Under the pieces are notes generated by a model that was given only the letters and a program-made list of their open reading frames with translations, searched no databases and had not been told where the DNA came from. 64,000 nucleotides of DNA from Patescibacteria group bacterium (GTDB taxonomy: Bacteria > Patescibacteriota > Patescibacteriia > UBA9934 > GWF2-40-263): assembly GCA_018814025.1 (NCBI GenBank), contig JAHJAM010000002.1, positions 2,798 through 66,797 of the forward strand, in the 5' to 3' direction. Positions 1-10,736 of this stretch are shown here, piece by piece (position 1 is the stretch's first letter; each line of letters begins with the position of its first letter). The position numbers and the translations under genes were made by a program.

Positions 1-37
1 CCCCAGTTACTAGTTACTAGCCCCTAGTATTCAATAT

Positions 38-952
38 ATGTTTGTCTCCATTTTACGAATTACCAAGTTCGCAGGCCAGAATTTCTGGCGGAATTTTTGG
101 TTGTCCTTGATCACCATCTCCATGCTGGTTTTGACTTTGCTGACCATCAACGTGCTGCTGGTTTTGAATTTGGTGACGGACAAGGCGATTGAGTACGTGG
201 AACAGCGGATTGAAGTTTCGGTTTATTTCAACGCGGGCGTGGAGCAAGAAAAAGTGACCAATACGGCCGGCTATTTGCGGGATTTGCCTCAGGTGCGGGA
301 CGTGGAAACCATTACCGCGGCAGAAGCCTATGATCGTTTTCAAGTCCGCCATGCCGGCGATACCGCGATTTTAACTTCTTTGGAAGAGATTGGGGATAAT
401 CCGTTCGGCCCGACTTTGGTGGTGAAAGCTTTTTCGGCTAATGATTTTCCGTTTATTTTAAGCGCTTTGGACAATCCGCAATTCCGCGACGCGATTCGGG
501 ATAAAGATTTCAGCAGTTATGAGGAGGTGATTAGCCGGATCCGCTACACCACGGATCGGATTCGCTTGTTCGGCTTGGGCTTGTCCGTGATCTTTTTGTT
601 GATCGCCATGCTGATTGTCTTTAACACCGTGCGCATGGGGATTTTTACCCACCGGGAAGAAATTGGCATCATGAAGCTGGTGGGCGCGTCCAATTGGTTC
701 GTGCGCGCGCCGTTTTTGCTGGAGGTCATCGGCTACAGTCTTTTGTCCACCGTCATTATGGCGGCTTTGATGTATCCGACCATCGCTTTTATGGAAACTC
801 GGTTTGATTCGTATTTTGACGGGCAAGCCACGCATTTATTGCAGTATTTTGAAATGAACGGCTGGATGATTTTCGGCGCGCAGTTTTTGGCCGTGGCTTT
901 GATCAGCATGATTGCCACCGGGTTTGCTATGAGGAAGTATTTGAAAGTTTAA
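38..952 (+). CDS. ftsX: Cell division permease FtsX
   Basis: N-terminal TM, extracytoplasmic domain, C-terminal 'NTVRMGIFTHREEIGIMKLVGASNWFVRAPF' FtsX motif. Confidence 0.93.
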   Translation: MFVSILRITKFAGQNFWRNFWLSLITISMLVLTLLTINVLLVLNLVTDKAIEYVEQRIEVSVYFNAGVEQEKVTNTAGYLRDLPQVRDVETITAAEAYDRFQVRHAGDTAILTSLEEIGDNPFGPTLVVKAFSANDFPFILSALDNPQFRDAIRDKDFSSYEEVISRIRYTTDRIRLFGLGLSVIFLLIAMLIVFNTVRMGIFTHREEIGIMKLVGASNWFVRAPFLLEVIGYSLLSTVIMAALMYPTIAFMETRFDSYFDGQATHLLQYFEMNGWMIFGAQFLAVALISMIATGFAMRKYLKV

Positions 953-967
953 AAATATTGATAATTT

Positions 968-1498
968 ATGTTTAAGAAAATTGCCGTCATCGCGATTCTC
1001 GTCATTGCCGTCTTGTTGGCGATGCGATATTACACTGTGGTAAAAAAAGTTGATCCTTTAATGTATTCAATCGATTCGAAAATTGCCACGGTTGAGAAGC
1101 AAGCTTTCGGTGCCGGGTATTTTAATCTGACAACATTATCGGCTCTTGCCCGAGAGTGCGGCACAACAGTTGATAGTGAACATTTACGGTCAATAGAAAC
1201 CAAGCTCAATCCATTGATGGGCGTAAAGTATATTTTTACTTATCAAGGTGAAAGTCAGCAGGCTAATGTATATGTGGTAACGGTAATTCCCAATGCCCCG
1301 GGCTATGAAACTCTTGATCAATTTAAGAAAGATTTTGATTTTTGTGCGGTCGGCGGTGATTATTACCCCCATGCTTTAAGTGCTGGCTGGTTGATGTTTG
1401 TCAGTAGTTGCGGATCAGGATATCGCGACGAATCCGGTCGTCCGGTTGGTTGTGAGGAAGTGGAAAAAGCGCTCGGAGACAGTCTTAAATTAAAATAA
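968..1498 (+). CDS. Hypothetical exported protein, Cys-containing
   Basis: N-terminal hydrophobic anchor; 4 Cys; followed by terminator. Confidence 0.7.
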   Translation: MFKKIAVIAILVIAVLLAMRYYTVVKKVDPLMYSIDSKIATVEKQAFGAGYFNLTTLSALARECGTTVDSEHLRSIETKLNPLMGVKYIFTYQGESQQANVYVVTVIPNAPGYETLDQFKKDFDFCAVGGDYYPHALSAGWLMFVSSCGSGYRDESGRPVGCEEVEKALGDSLKLK

Positions 1499-1510
1499 GC
1501 TTGTAGGTTT

Positions 1511-1551
1511 AAAAAACACCCCGGGAAACCAGATTGGTTTCCCGGGGTTTT
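1511..1551. terminator. Bidirectional intrinsic terminator
   Basis: CCCCGGGAAACCA-GAT-TGGTTTCCCGGGG hairpin with A/T tails between convergent genes. Confidence 0.85.
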
Positions 1552-1556
1552 GTGGC

Positions 1557-1937
1557 TCACGCGGCCGTGATCAAGGCCACGACGGTGAGCAGATCGGCCG
1601 GAGGAGCCGGCTTCTTAATGAAGTACCAGCCATGGGCTTGAACATCTTGCTCGGTGATGATGCCGCCGGTCTGGCCGGATATGAAGAGGATCTTCTGTTC
1701 CGGCTTGAGGGAACAGATTTTCTCGGCCAACTGACGACCGTTCATGCCCGGCATCATGACGTCGGTGATGACCAAGTGGAACACGGTTCCGTTGCGCTGA
1801 ACCGCTTGCCAGGCCGCGAGCGGATCCGTGAAGCTGGTGATCTGATAACCTTCTCTGGTGAACACGCGAGTCAGGGCGCGAACCACGTTCTCATCGTCAT
1901 CGACCAGAAGAAGGTGTTTGGGAGCGGGATCGGCCAT
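1557..1937 (-). CDS. Stand-alone response regulator receiver domain
   Basis: LLLVDDD, LVITDVMMPGMNG, ILFISG, FIKKP receiver motifs; SD GGAGG. Confidence 0.9.
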   Translation of the reverse strand: MADPAPKHLLLVDDDENVVRALTRVFTREGYQITSFTDPLAAWQAVQRNGTVFHLVITDVMMPGMNGRQLAEKICSLKPEQKILFISGQTGGIITEQDVQAHGWYFIKKPAPPADLLTVVALITAA

Positions 1938-2071
1938 GCTGGTTCCTCCGGGGGGTGAAAGAAACGTCCGGATGGGACGGAAAGAACGAAACGATTAGGA
2001 AATAATAGGACCTTTTTTCGGTTTGGTAAAGGGTAGACAGACAAAAGAACGACCCGCAGGTCGTTCTTTTA

Positions 2072-2145
2072 TGGTTCCGGGACGTGGATTCGAACCACGA
2101 TTGACGGCTTCAAAGGCCGCTGTCCTGCCATTAGACGATCCCGGA
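2072..2145 (-). tRNA. tRNA-Gln(TTG)
   Basis: Cloverleaf TCCGGGA...GCGGC-CT-TTG-AA-GCCGT...GGTTCGAATCC...TCCCGGA-ACCA; terminator hairpin 2043-2070. Confidence 0.96.
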
Positions 2146-2209
2146 ATGTGCGAAGAATATAACATGTTTTTTCTGGTAAATCAAGAGACGCGTGCTATAA
2201 TCGCCTGAT

Positions 2210-3127
2210 ATGTCCTACGTATCCGTAATTAAAGGAAATGACCGGAGGGAAAACGTCAGGCAAGCGCTCGAGGCTTTGCCGGCCAGCGTTTGGGATAAAT
2301 TAAAGATCGCTCGCACGGTTTTGATTAAGCCGAATTTGGTGCATCATCAAAATCAGCTGGCTTCGACTCATGTTGATGCGGTGCGGGCGGTCATGGACGC
2401 GGTGCGCGCGCGATCGCAAGCCCGGATCGTGGTGGGTGATTCTTCATATCATGGCACCAAGCCGGCGTTTCGTAATTTCGGCTATGAGAATTTGCCGAAT
2501 GAATATGAGAATGTGCGTTTGTTTGATCTAAACGACGACGAGACAGTGCCCGGGTATTTCATGAAGCGCGAGGGTTCAAAAGGGGAAATGGGATTTTCGA
2601 AAACCGTGGCGGAAGCGGATTTTACCGTCTGCTTAACGCCGATGAAGACGCATCGAGACGTGGGTGTGTCTCTGACTACGAAGAATTGGACGATTGGTAC
2701 TTGGGTGCCGGAAGCGCGCATCGGCTTGCAGGGGCGATATTGGCCGCGCTGGATGTATTTGCACGCGGAAGGACCGGAAGCGCATAATTCCACGATCGCG
2801 GAGCTGCTGCATCAACACCGACCGGATTTGGCCGTGCTTGACGCGTTTTTGGCCATGGAAGGCGACGGGCCGACCAAGGGCGAACCCATCAAGCTAGACC
2901 TGGCTTTAGCCGGGGACGATTGCGTGAGCGTGGATCGCATGGCTTGCGAGTTGATGAGTATTGATCCTTATGACATCGGCTATCTTGTTATGGCTAATCA
3001 AAGAGGATACGGTATAATGGATAAAAGTCGGATTGAACTCTCGGGTGAAACCGATTTATCATCACTTAAAAAAGAATTTAAAAAGCCGGAGACGTGGTCG
3101 AAACACGTGTTGGCTTGGAAAAAATAA
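2210..3127 (+). CDS. DUF362 domain protein
   Basis: VLIKPN, PMKTH...SLTTKN, DAFLAMEGDGP, D..SVD motifs. Confidence 0.85.
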   Translation: MSYVSVIKGNDRRENVRQALEALPASVWDKLKIARTVLIKPNLVHHQNQLASTHVDAVRAVMDAVRARSQARIVVGDSSYHGTKPAFRNFGYENLPNEYENVRLFDLNDDETVPGYFMKREGSKGEMGFSKTVAEADFTVCLTPMKTHRDVGVSLTTKNWTIGTWVPEARIGLQGRYWPRWMYLHAEGPEAHNSTIAELLHQHRPDLAVLDAFLAMEGDGPTKGEPIKLDLALAGDDCVSVDRMACELMSIDPYDIGYLVMANQRGYGIMDKSRIELSGETDLSSLKKEFKKPETWSKHVLAWKK

Positions 3128-3128
3128 T

Positions 3129-3647
3129 ATGTCTGAAGAAAAAAAGAAATGTTTGTTCGTGGGCCGATTTCAGCCGTTTCATAACGGACACTTGATGGTG
3201 GTGTCGGGCATGGCCAAGGTGTGCAATCAAGTGATTATCGCCATCGGCAGCGCCAATGCGGAAAAGAGCTTAAAAAATCCTTTCACGGTCGAACAGCGGC
3301 GGGAAATGATCCAGCGCGCGCTGCAGTCGCAAGATTTGATTCCCAAATACGATATCAGCTTCATTGAGGTTGATGACAAAGAATCGGATTATGATTGGAC
3401 CAATCAGGTGTTGGAGCTGGCCGGGGATGACGTGGCGCAAGTTTGGACCGGGGACGAATGGACTAAGAAATGCTTTCAAGAAAAAGAAATCGAAGTCAAA
3501 GACATTAAAGAAGTGCCGGGCATCAGTGCCACGCAAGTGCGGCAGCTGATGATCGAGGACGGCGATTGGCACTTGAAGGTGCCGCCGGAAGTGGCGGATT
3601 ACCTGGATACGATTGGCGGCGTGGCGCGCGTAAAGTCATTAGCATGA
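3129..3647 (+). CDS. Nicotinamide-nucleotide adenylyltransferase (NadM-like)
   Basis: GRFQPFHNGH, IAIGSA, NPFT..R and ISATQVR motifs; start reassigned to ATG 3129. Confidence 0.9.
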   Translation: MSEEKKKCLFVGRFQPFHNGHLMVVSGMAKVCNQVIIAIGSANAEKSLKNPFTVEQRREMIQRALQSQDLIPKYDISFIEVDDKESDYDWTNQVLELAGDDVAQVWTGDEWTKKCFQEKEIEVKDIKEVPGISATQVRQLMIEDGDWHLKVPPEVADYLDTIGGVARVKSLA

Positions 3648-4162
3648 GGCATCGAATCGGTAAGATTATCACGGCCGGTAAGCACGCGCTGCGAACGAAG
3701 CGCGATTGGTTTTGGTTTTTGGTGGCGAGCTTGGGATTTTTTTTATTGTTCGTGATGATTCCGGTTTGGACCACGCCGGGCGATGATTTTTTCTTTCATT
3801 TGTCCATCATGAAGTTTGAGGTTTATGGGTTGATGATCAGCTTGTCGTTTTTGAATGCTTATGTGATCAGCTTGCATCGGCATATTCGCCGGGTGCAGAA
3901 GGCGGCAGTGACCGCGACTCAAGTTGGATCCGGATTAAGCGCTTTGGCCAGCGGCTTGTTGGCCACGGTCGGTTGCGGAGCTTGTTATTCGAGTTTATTG
4001 GCCTTGTTCGGCTTGAGCGGTTCGGTGTTTATTGTTGAACATCGCTGGTGGTTTGCGGCCATGGCCGGGGGCTTGGCGATTTGGGCCATTGATTCAGCGG
4101 CCGAGAAGATAGTGGGCGGATGCACAAAGTGCCGGATTGAATCGGTTGACACCCCCTCATAA
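3644..4162 (+). CDS. Multi-TM membrane protein with CxxC motifs
   Basis: About 4 TM segments, GCGAC and C-terminal CTKC; ATG overlaps upstream stop (ATGA). Confidence 0.7.
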   Translation: MRHRIGKIITAGKHALRTKRDWFWFLVASLGFFLLFVMIPVWTTPGDDFFFHLSIMKFEVYGLMISLSFLNAYVISLHRHIRRVQKAAVTATQVGSGLSALASGLLATVGCGACYSSLLALFGLSGSVFIVEHRWWFAAMAGGLAIWAIDSAAEKIVGGCTKCRIESVDTPS

Positions 4163-4232
4163 TCTGTTAGTCTAAGAGGACAATCTGTTTGATCCCCCCT
4201 AGAGTCCAAGCTCTACGGGGATTTTGCGTTGT

Positions 4233-6233
4233 ATGGATAAATTTAAATTAAAAGCACCCTATCAGCCGGCTGGCGATCAGCCCAAAGCCATTGAACAATT
4301 AATGGCTGGTTTGGATTCGGGGAAAAAATTTCAAACTTTGCTGGGCGTGACCGGCTCGGGCAAAACCTACACCATGGCCAACGTGATTGCTAAATCCAAT
4401 CGCCCCACTTTGGTGATCGCCCATAACAAAACTTTGGCGGCCCAGCTTTGCAATGAGTTTCGAGAATTTTTTCCGGATCATGCCGTGGAATATTTCGTCA
4501 GTTATTACGATTACTATCAACCCGAGGCCTACATGCCGCGCTCGGATACTTATATTGAAAAAGAAGCGCAGATTAATGATGAGATTGATCGGCTGCGCCA
4601 CGCGGCCACCCAAGCCATTCTCACGCGGCGCGATGTGATTATCGTGGCCTCGGTTTCTTGCATTTATGCTTTGGGTTCGCCTGAGGAATATAAGGCCACG
4701 GTTTTGCATTTGCAGGTCGGGGAGGGGAATCGGGCGGATATTTTGCATACTTTGGTTAAATTGCAGTTTGAACGTACGAATGCGGACTTAACGCGCGGCC
4801 ATTACCGGGTGCGCGGCGATGTTCTGGAAATCATGCCCGTGGATCACGAAATAATATATCGCGTGACTTTTGCGGACGACGCGGTGGCGAAAATCGACCA
4901 AATGGATCCGATTACGCGCAAAAAGCTTGAGGAATATCAGGACGCTTGGCTGTTTCCGGCCACTCACTTTGTGGTTTCGCCAGCTAAACAACAACAGGCT
5001 TTGCGGGAAATTAAGCGCGAACTGGAGCAGCAATTAAAGAAAATGGATAAGGAAGGGAAAGTTTTGGAAGCCGAGCGTTTAAAGCGGCGCACTCGTTATG
5101 ATTTGGAAATGATTCAAAATATCGGCTATTGCAACGGCATTGAAAATTATTCGCGCTATTTTGACGGCCGAGCCCCGGGCCAGCCACCATATTCGCTGAT
5201 GGATTTTTTCCCCAAGGATTATTTGTTGATTATTGATGAATCGCACGTGACCGTGCCGCAAATCGGCGGCATGTACGAGGGGGATCGGGCGCGCAAGGAA
5301 ACTTTGGTGGAGCACGGGTTCCGCTTGCCTTCGGCCAAAGACAATCGGCCGCTGAAGTTTGAAGAATTTGAAGAGCGGGTCAATCAAGTAATTTTTACCA
5401 CGGCCACGCCGGGCAAATATGAATTGAAGAACAGCGAGCAAGTGGTGGAACAGATTATTCGGCCCACAGGGCTGATTGATCCGGAAGTAGTCGTGAGACC
5501 TGTATCTGGTGATGATAAGCAAAAAGGCCAGGTGGATGATTTGATCGAGGAAATTGTCACGCGAGCTAAGAAAAATGAGCGTTCGCTGGTCACGACTCTG
5601 ACCAAGCGCATGGCCGAGGATTTAACCGAGTTTTTGAAAGAACGCGACATTAAAGTGCAATATCTCCACTCTGATGTGCAAACTTTGGATCGGATTACGA
5701 TTTTGTCGGATTTTCGCCAGGGCAAATATGATTGCTTGGTGGGCGTGAATTTGCTGCGCGAAGGCTTGGATTTGCCGGAAGTGACGCTGGTGGCGATTTT
5801 GGATGCGGATAAGGAAGGTTTTTTGCGCAGTGCAACATCTTTGATTCAGACCATTGGCCGGGCCGCGCGCAATGTGGCTGGCAAAGTAATTTTGTACGCG
5901 GATAATATGACCGGTTCGCTGGGCCAGGCTTTGAAAGAAACCAATCGGCGCCGGAAAATTCAGCTGGCCCATAACCAAAAGCACCGCATCACGCCGAAAT
6001 CGATTAAGAAAGAAATTCATGATATTCGCGGCCTGCTGGGCGGGGAAGAAATTCCGGACATCAAAGATATTTTGAAACTGGAATTAACGGCCGAGCCGCA
6101 CGAAATCAAAGAAGTGATCGCGGAAAAAGAATATGACATGAAAGAAGCGGCCAAGAAATTGGATTTTGAGACAGCCGCGATTCTGCGGGATGAGATTAGA
6201 TTGTTGAATAATGAGTTGAAAGGAAGACAGTAG
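4233..6233 (+). CDS. uvrB: Excinuclease ABC subunit B
   Basis: LLGVTGSGKT, YFVSYYDYYQPEAY, IDESH, QTIGRAARN, C-terminal UVR domain. Confidence 0.98.
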   Translation: MDKFKLKAPYQPAGDQPKAIEQLMAGLDSGKKFQTLLGVTGSGKTYTMANVIAKSNRPTLVIAHNKTLAAQLCNEFREFFPDHAVEYFVSYYDYYQPEAYMPRSDTYIEKEAQINDEIDRLRHAATQAILTRRDVIIVASVSCIYALGSPEEYKATVLHLQVGEGNRADILHTLVKLQFERTNADLTRGHYRVRGDVLEIMPVDHEIIYRVTFADDAVAKIDQMDPITRKKLEEYQDAWLFPATHFVVSPAKQQQALREIKRELEQQLKKMDKEGKVLEAERLKRRTRYDLEMIQNIGYCNGIENYSRYFDGRAPGQPPYSLMDFFPKDYLLIIDESHVTVPQIGGMYEGDRARKETLVEHGFRLPSAKDNRPLKFEEFEERVNQVIFTTATPGKYELKNSEQVVEQIIRPTGLIDPEVVVRPVSGDDKQKGQVDDLIEEIVTRAKKNERSLVTTLTKRMAEDLTEFLKERDIKVQYLHSDVQTLDRITILSDFRQGKYDCLVGVNLLREGLDLPEVTLVAILDADKEGFLRSATSLIQTIGRAARNVAGKVILYADNMTGSLGQALKETNRRRKIQLAHNQKHRITPKSIKKEIHDIRGLLGGEEIPDIKDILKLELTAEPHEIKEVIAEKEYDMKEAAKKLDFETAAILRDEIRLLNNELKGRQ

Positions 6234-6311
6234 AAGGTAGAGAGTAGAAAGGGAATTCACTTTCTACTTTCTACAGCGAGCCATGCGAGCGATATTACTT
6301 TTTACATAACT

Positions 6312-8834
6312 ATGAGCACAGATAAAATAACCATCAGAGGAGCGCGCGAACATAACCTGAAAAACATTAACCTGGAGATTCCGCGCAATAAACTGGTTTG
6401 CATTACCGGCGTTTCCGGCAGTGGCAAGTCCAGTTTGGCTTTTGATACGATTTTTGCCGAGGGCCAGCGCCGCTATGTTGAGTCTTTATCCGCTTACGCG
6501 CGGCAGTTTTTAGGGCAAATGGAAAAGCCGGATGTGGATGAAATCGAAGGCCTTTCGCCGGCCATTTCCATTGATCAAAAAGCGCACAGCTCCAATCCGC
6601 GCTCGACCGTGGCCACGATCACGGAGATTTACGATTATTTGCGCGTGCTGTTCGCACGCATCGGCCGGCCGCATTGCGTGAAGTGCGGACGGGAAATCCA
6701 GAAATTGACCATTGAAGAAATGGTGGACGTGGTTTTGAAGCGGCAAACCGCGGACAAAGGCGCGATTAAAATCTTGGCGCCGGTGGTGCGCGGGCGCAAG
6801 GGCGAGTATTATCAAATGCTTTACGATCTTTATAATTCGGGTTTTGCGCGCGTGCGCATTGACGGTCAAGAATACGATCTCAACAGCGAGATTAAGTTAG
6901 CGCGCTATCAACAGCATACGATTGAAGTGGTGGTGGATACGATTCCCGTGTCCTTGTTTGCCGCCGACGCGAAAGAAGCGCGCCAGCGCTTGGCGGATGC
7001 TTTGGAAATTGCCGTGGCGCGCGGGAATGACGTGGCCACGGTGATTTATCCGGACCAAAGCGAGCAAATGCTGTCCTCGAAATTCAGCTGTCCGGATGAC
7101 GGTTTTTCTTTTCCGGAAATCGAGCCGCGCTTATTTTCTTTTAATTCACCCTACGGTGCGTGCCAGGATTGCACGGGCTTGGGTACGGTGGAGCTGTTTA
7201 GCGAGGAAAAATGCCACACTTGCGAGGGCCAGCGTCTGCGCCCTGAGGCCTTGCATGTTTGGCTGCCGAAAAAAGGCGCCAAAGGCGTTTCGATCGTGGA
7301 TATCACCCGCATGAGCGTGGAGGAAGCCGGGGAATATTTTATAGATATTGTTTTGGACGAGCGGGAAAAGGAAATCGCGGGCACGGTTTTGAATGAAATT
7401 TTGAACCGTTTGCAGTTTATGCTGGACGTGGGGCTTCATTATTTAACTTTGGACCGCATGGCCGGCACTTTGTCCGGCGGCGAAGCGCAGCGCATTCGTT
7501 TGGCTTCGCAAGTCGGTTCGCGCTTAGTGGGCGCGCTTTATGTGCTGGACGAGCCGACTATCGGTTTGCATCAGCGCGATAATGATCGCTTGATCCAAAC
7601 TCTGACCGAATTGCGCGACTTGGGCAATTCGGTTTTGATCGTGGAGCATGATGAGGACACGATTCGGGCCAGCGACCATATGATTGAAATCGGGCCGGGC
7701 GCGGGCGTGCACGGCGGCGAAGTGGTGTGCAATGGCAGCGTGCCGGAGATTTTTAAGGATCAAAAGTCCTTGACCGCGGCTTATTTGCGCGGAGACGAAA
7801 AAATTGACGTGCCCCGGGAGCGGCGTGCCATCGGCCATGACCGGATTAAAATTGTGGGCGCGAGCGAACATAACTTAAAAAACATCAACGTGGAAATTCC
7901 GCTGCGCCGGTTTGTTTGCATTACCGGCGTGTCCGGATCCGGGAAATCAACTTTGGCTTATGAAACCATGTATAAGTCGATTGCTAAGCGTTTGTATGGC
8001 AGTAAGCATCGACCAGGCAAGCATAAATCGTTGTTGGGCATTGAATATATCGACAAAGCGATTTTGATCGATCAGGGCGCGATCGGCCGTTCTTCCCGAT
8101 CCAACCCGGCCACTTATACCGGAGTTTGGGCGCCGGTGCGTGAATTATTTTCGGCCACGGAGGAAGCGCGCTATCGCGGCTATAAGCCGGGCCGGTTCAG
8201 TTTCAATCGGCCGGGCGGGCGCTGCGAACATTGCGAAGGCCATGGATTATTGGCCATTGAAATGCACTTTTTGCCCACGGTGTATGTGACTTGCGACGTG
8301 TGCAAAGGCCGGCGTTTTGATCGGGAAACTTTGGAGATTGAATATAAAGAAAAAAATATCCATGACGTGCTGGAAATGACCGTGGAGGAAGGCTATGAAT
8401 TTTTTAAAGAGATTCCGCCGATTGCGGACAAGTTGAAAACTTTAAATGAAGTGGGTTTGGGCTATTTGAAGATGGGCCAGCCGGCGCCAACCTTATCCGG
8501 CGGGGAAGCGCAGCGCGTGAAGCTGGCTTCGGAATTATCCAAACGGCAAACCGGACGCACTTTGTATTTATTAGACGAGCCGACCACGGGTTTGCATTTT
8601 GCGGATGTAAAAAAACTTTTGGAAGTTTTGCATTCACTGGTGGATAAGGGCAACAGCGTGATTGTGATCGAACACAACTTGGATGTGATTAAAACCGCGG
8701 ATTGGCTGATTGACTTGGGACCGGAAGGTGGTGACAAGGGCGGGGAAGTGGTCAAATGCGGTACACCGGAAGAAATCGCCCGGCACGCGCCATCGTATAC
8801 TGGGGAATATTTGAAGCGGATGTTTAAGAAGTGA
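6312..8834 (+). CDS. uvrA: Excinuclease ABC subunit A
   Basis: Two ABC ATPase domains ([16 protein letters not shown]) and zinc fingers. Confidence 0.98.
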   Translation: MSTDKITIRGAREHNLKNINLEIPRNKLVCITGVSGSGKSSLAFDTIFAEGQRRYVESLSAYARQFLGQMEKPDVDEIEGLSPAISIDQKAHSSNPRSTVATITEIYDYLRVLFARIGRPHCVKCGREIQKLTIEEMVDVVLKRQTADKGAIKILAPVVRGRKGEYYQMLYDLYNSGFARVRIDGQEYDLNSEIKLARYQQHTIEVVVDTIPVSLFAADAKEARQRLADALEIAVARGNDVATVIYPDQSEQMLSSKFSCPDDGFSFPEIEPRLFSFNSPYGACQDCTGLGTVELFSEEKCHTCEGQRLRPEALHVWLPKKGAKGVSIVDITRMSVEEAGEYFIDIVLDEREKEIAGTVLNEILNRLQFMLDVGLHYLTLDRMAGTLSGGEAQRIRLASQVGSRLVGALYVLDEPTIGLHQRDNDRLIQTLTELRDLGNSVLIVEHDEDTIRASDHMIEIGPGAGVHGGEVVCNGSVPEIFKDQKSLTAAYLRGDEKIDVPRERRAIGHDRIKIVGASEHNLKNINVEIPLRRFVCITGVSGSGKSTLAYETMYKSIAKRLYGSKHRPGKHKSLLGIEYIDKAILIDQGAIGRSSRSNPATYTGVWAPVRELFSATEEARYRGYKPGRFSFNRPGGRCEHCEGHGLLAIEMHFLPTVYVTCDVCKGRRFDRETLEIEYKEKNIHDVLEMTVEEGYEFFKEIPPIADKLKTLNEVGLGYLKMGQPAPTLSGGEAQRVKLASELSKRQTGRTLYLLDEPTTGLHFADVKKLLEVLHSLVDKGNSVIVIEHNLDVIKTADWLIDLGPEGGDKGGEVVKCGTPEEIARHAPSYTGEYLKRMFKK

Positions 8835-9004
8835 TAATTGTGCTTAAATTAGTCAAATCTATTGACATAATGGTTAAAATACTGTAGATTTAAGTCCTTC
8901 CAGCATGCCGTTGGGAGAAACAGCCGTCTAGGGCAATGAAGGCGCGACGCGTTCGACTAGTGCGAACGTCCGCGCTGCTGCACCTAACGCGGCAGGAGAG
9001 GCAA

Positions 9005-10153
9005 ATGGAAAAAGCAGTGTCAGGAGTTTTCGCGGAATTGGTCGCCCAGCTGCACAGCGGCCGGCGCCTTACCTTCGAGCATCTCAAGGAATTCCTTGAC
9101 GACCCGCAGGCGGTCATTCCCAGGCAGAATGGAGAATTCGAGATCCTGCTCGCCCTTTTAAAACCGAACGAGGAAGTCATGGAGTTCGGTCTTGAGGACG
9201 ACCGGCAGGCCCTGGTGATCAAGCGCGACAAGGAATATTTTGCGGTGCTGGACGGCGTCGAGCATGGACCCTACGCCGAGATCAAGAGTTTCTTGCATGA
9301 TGACACCCACTTTTGTTTCGCGGCTAAGCGCGGCGAAAACTGGTTTGTGGTCAGGGATGGCGGGGAGTTCGGACCCTACGATCACATCAACGACCTGAAG
9401 TACAGCAACGACCATGTCTTTTTTGAGATCTCCACGGTCATCAATGGCGAAAAAACAGCCGTAGCCGTTCTGGATGGTAAGGTGTTGGGGTCGACGGGCG
9501 GACGCAGCCACGTTGGTTTGGTCGATGGCCACCATTTTTTTGTCCACCCGAGAGATGATGGAGAATGTTATGTGAGTTTGGACGACCAGAAATTTGGGCC
9601 GTTCGCTCCGGTTTCCGGCTTGGGGTATGCGGAAGGCCATTTTTTCTTCATCGAAGGGAACCGCATCCATCTGGACCGCGAAACCATCGATGTTGACGGG
9701 ACTCCTCATCTGGTGGGATATGCGGAAGGCCATCTTTTCTACATCCTCGAACGCACATGTAATCAGAAGAGCGAGTGCTATGCGGTTCTGGATGGAAAAG
9801 AATTTGGGCCGTACGAGTTTTGTGCCAGACCGAATCTTGGTTATTCGGAAGGCCATTTCTATTTTCTGATCGTCGCAGACCGTACGTATGGTGAGGTGAT
9901 CGGAGTCATGGTGGACGGAAAGCAAATCGCCCGCGTCGGCAATGCCTATGACTTGCAGTATTCAAATGGCCACTCATTGTTTCACATGTGGAATTCGGAA
10001 ACCCGAATTGTCCGGGTAATCATGGACGGGCGGTTAGGTGACACGAACATGGATTACGACACAATTTACCTCACGCAGGCCAAGGATAATCGCTTGTTCA
10101 TCTATGGCCGGCGCGGACGGCGGATTTACAAAACCGTCATTCCTCTCAAGTAG
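9005..10153 (+). CDS. Hypothetical beta-repeat protein (DGxEFGPY repeats)
   Basis: Repeated 'V.DG.E.GPY...L.YSxGHFFF' units; SD AGGAG; own sigma70-like promoter near 8862. Confidence 0.75.
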   Translation: MEKAVSGVFAELVAQLHSGRRLTFEHLKEFLDDPQAVIPRQNGEFEILLALLKPNEEVMEFGLEDDRQALVIKRDKEYFAVLDGVEHGPYAEIKSFLHDDTHFCFAAKRGENWFVVRDGGEFGPYDHINDLKYSNDHVFFEISTVINGEKTAVAVLDGKVLGSTGGRSHVGLVDGHHFFVHPRDDGECYVSLDDQKFGPFAPVSGLGYAEGHFFFIEGNRIHLDRETIDVDGTPHLVGYAEGHLFYILERTCNQKSECYAVLDGKEFGPYEFCARPNLGYSEGHFYFLIVADRTYGEVIGVMVDGKQIARVGNAYDLQYSNGHSLFHMWNSETRIVRVIMDGRLGDTNMDYDTIYLTQAKDNRLFIYGRRGRRIYKTVIPLK

Positions 10154-10239
10154 TTCGTTTCTCGCACTATCTCAGCGCGTTCCCCCTCGGGAGCGCGCTT
10201 TTTTAATTAATAAAACGGACCCAAGGGGGTCCGTTTGCG

Positions 10240-10644
10240 CTAGAGGAGGCCGAGGAAGCCGAGCCAGCGGCCGTTTTTTGCCCATTGTTTCGGATAGGTG
10301 CGATCAGGGCGTGAGGGCAGGCGCGGATCTTCGCGAAAACGTCTCATGTATTCGGGTTGGGATGGGCATCTCAGCTTGAGTGCGGATTCATGCGCTTCTC
10401 GATAAGTGAGATATTTTTTGATTTTGGGGGCTTGGCCTAAAAATCCGGACATACCGCCAATGCGTTTCCAAGCTCGTTGACCGTAGAATTTATCCGGATT
10501 GGAAGGCAGACGCTTATCGAGATTGTAAAATTCGGCGTATTGAACTCCGGTCTCGAAACCGAGGTTTTGCGCTGCCTGACTGGCTTGTTGGATTTTTGAG
10601 TAAAATCGCGCTCGAGGATCGTATTTTTTTCGTCTTTGAACCAT
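10240..10644 (-). CDS. Two-unit 'integrase repeat' (PF14882-like) protein
   Basis: Y..Y.EA...A..L......Y...F..DPRLPS.PD..Y...W...G.W.GFLG units; SD AGGAG. Confidence 0.75.
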   Translation of the reverse strand: MVQRRKKYDPRARFYSKIQQASQAAQNLGFETGVQYAEFYNLDKRLPSNPDKFYGQRAWKRIGGMSGFLGQAPKIKKYLTYREAHESALKLRCPSQPEYMRRFREDPRLPSRPDRTYPKQWAKNGRWLGFLGLL

Positions 10645-10736
10645 TTGTTTCTCCTAACCTTAAGGAACTGGCTTTAATCTATGCTTTTTGGCGGGCGAAG
10701 TCAAAAAAAGGACCGCCAAGGGGCGGTCCGGAGAGA

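Noticed and set aside
8920-8990. Fluoride riboswitch (GGCAATGAAG)
   Set aside because: The pairing GCC and the downstream UAAUGAC-type pseudoknot partner are missing, and the downstream gene is unrelated.
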